From the NCBI GenBank assembly GCA_002269645.1, contig NIVC01000031.1, positions 496,001 to 560,000 of the forward strand: a stretch of 64,000 nt of DNA, read 5' to 3'. The notes beneath the pieces were generated by a model. That model had not been told where the DNA came from and did not search any database. It was given only the letters and a program-made list of their open reading frames with translations. The translations under genes and the position numbers were made by a program. This stretch comes from Macrostomum lignano (taxonomy: Eukaryota). This document shows positions 63,160 to 64,000 of the stretch, in pieces; position 1 is the first letter of the stretch; each line of letters begins with the position of its first letter.

Positions 63160-63690
63160 ATTTAGATGCCGGCGTCAAATTTCTCTACATAACAGCACCA
63201 ACGGAACCTTGTTCCAGATAATGACCTGTGCCCCAACATTCTCAATGAGTGCCAGTCCAATCGCGTCTCCACCGAAGGAATTGCCAATCTGAGATAACGC
63301 TACACTCCCGTAGCTATCGTATCACGCGATATATCCTCAATGACCACTGCTGGAACCCTGGGTGAGCTCCACTGCTACCACTGACGGTTCAAAGCAGTCA
63401 ATCAACACCGGCTTTGATGTTGGGATCTTTCTGAACGGGAGGGTTTCGCAACCAACGCTCAGTACACTGAGGTCAACTCCAGTGTTTTCCAAAATGAATT
63501 AGTTCTCGCCATCAGCTCCTGCACTGCAGAGCTTCTCGCCACTGGCGTAACCGGTAAGAGCATAACCGAAACCGGCCTTGTAGACTTGGCATGGCATCTG
63601 TGGCTGCAGCGTCAATTCTAAAACATTCCTTGACATGTTGGGTTCCACCAACGAATTTACTCTTCACTGGGTTCCGGGGCATGTGCAGGA
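63160..63690 (+). mobile_element. Degenerate fragment of the 23557-28289 LINE family (pre-RNase H and RNase H region)
   Basis: Similar to ~27075-27630 (GATGCCGGCGTCAAATT.., TTTTCCAAAATGAA.., TGGGTTCCGGGGCATGTG) with many indels. Confidence 0.85.
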
Positions 63691-64000
63691 GCGGTGGAAG
63701 ATAGCAAAGCTGTTGCAAGGAGCCAGCGGTGGTAGATAGTGGAGCATGGCCGGCAGGGCGGGAGCGAAGAGTAGAAGTGGCAGGCTGCAGAAGCTTTTTG
63801 TTGTTTTGCATGGCTGCTAAACATGTAAATGCTGAAGTTAATTATGATAAATTGAGTACATGTGCGTGTGAGATGTGCTTTTTATTAGCCATAAACGGTA
63901 TACAGTATGTACAGTACAGCTACATTAGCATACATATATATTGTAGTTCAATAACATTTTGACTCAAACGAGTCCGGCGTTCGAGTCACGACGATGTGCC

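Overview
Repeat-rich eukaryotic (metazoan) genomic DNA with spliceosomal GT-AG introns. The style recalls a flatworm such as Macrostomum, but that is an unverified impression. The main non-TE content is a tandem array of three minus-strand paralogs. The ORF track shows them as separate ankyrin and kinase ORFs, but phase-compatible splice sites join each into one ~670-735 aa protein: N-terminal ankyrin repeats, an optional linker exon, and a STE/MAP3K-like kinase. Copy 1 is 22168-29615, copy 2 is 36414-38996 (two 1-bp deletions), and copy 3 is 50824-55656 (intact). The ankyrin units are 35-aa A/B dimers with variable hairpin tips. All three kinases carry Gly at the apparent alphaC-Glu position. 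Mobile elements: a very young BEL/Pao LTR retrotransposon (4329-11198) that appears to split a host ORF and has a -1 slippery site between protease and RT; an Ingi/I-group-like LINE with a 2A-like motif; four LOA/Lian-like LINE copies, two of them in introns of the paralogs; RTE-like 3' fragments; and a collapsed Polinton/Maverick remnant. About 17 micro/minisatellite arrays are present, several expanded in only one paralog. A bestrophin exon lies at the left edge. All alignments and family calls were made by eye. Single-base frameshifts may be assembly errors.
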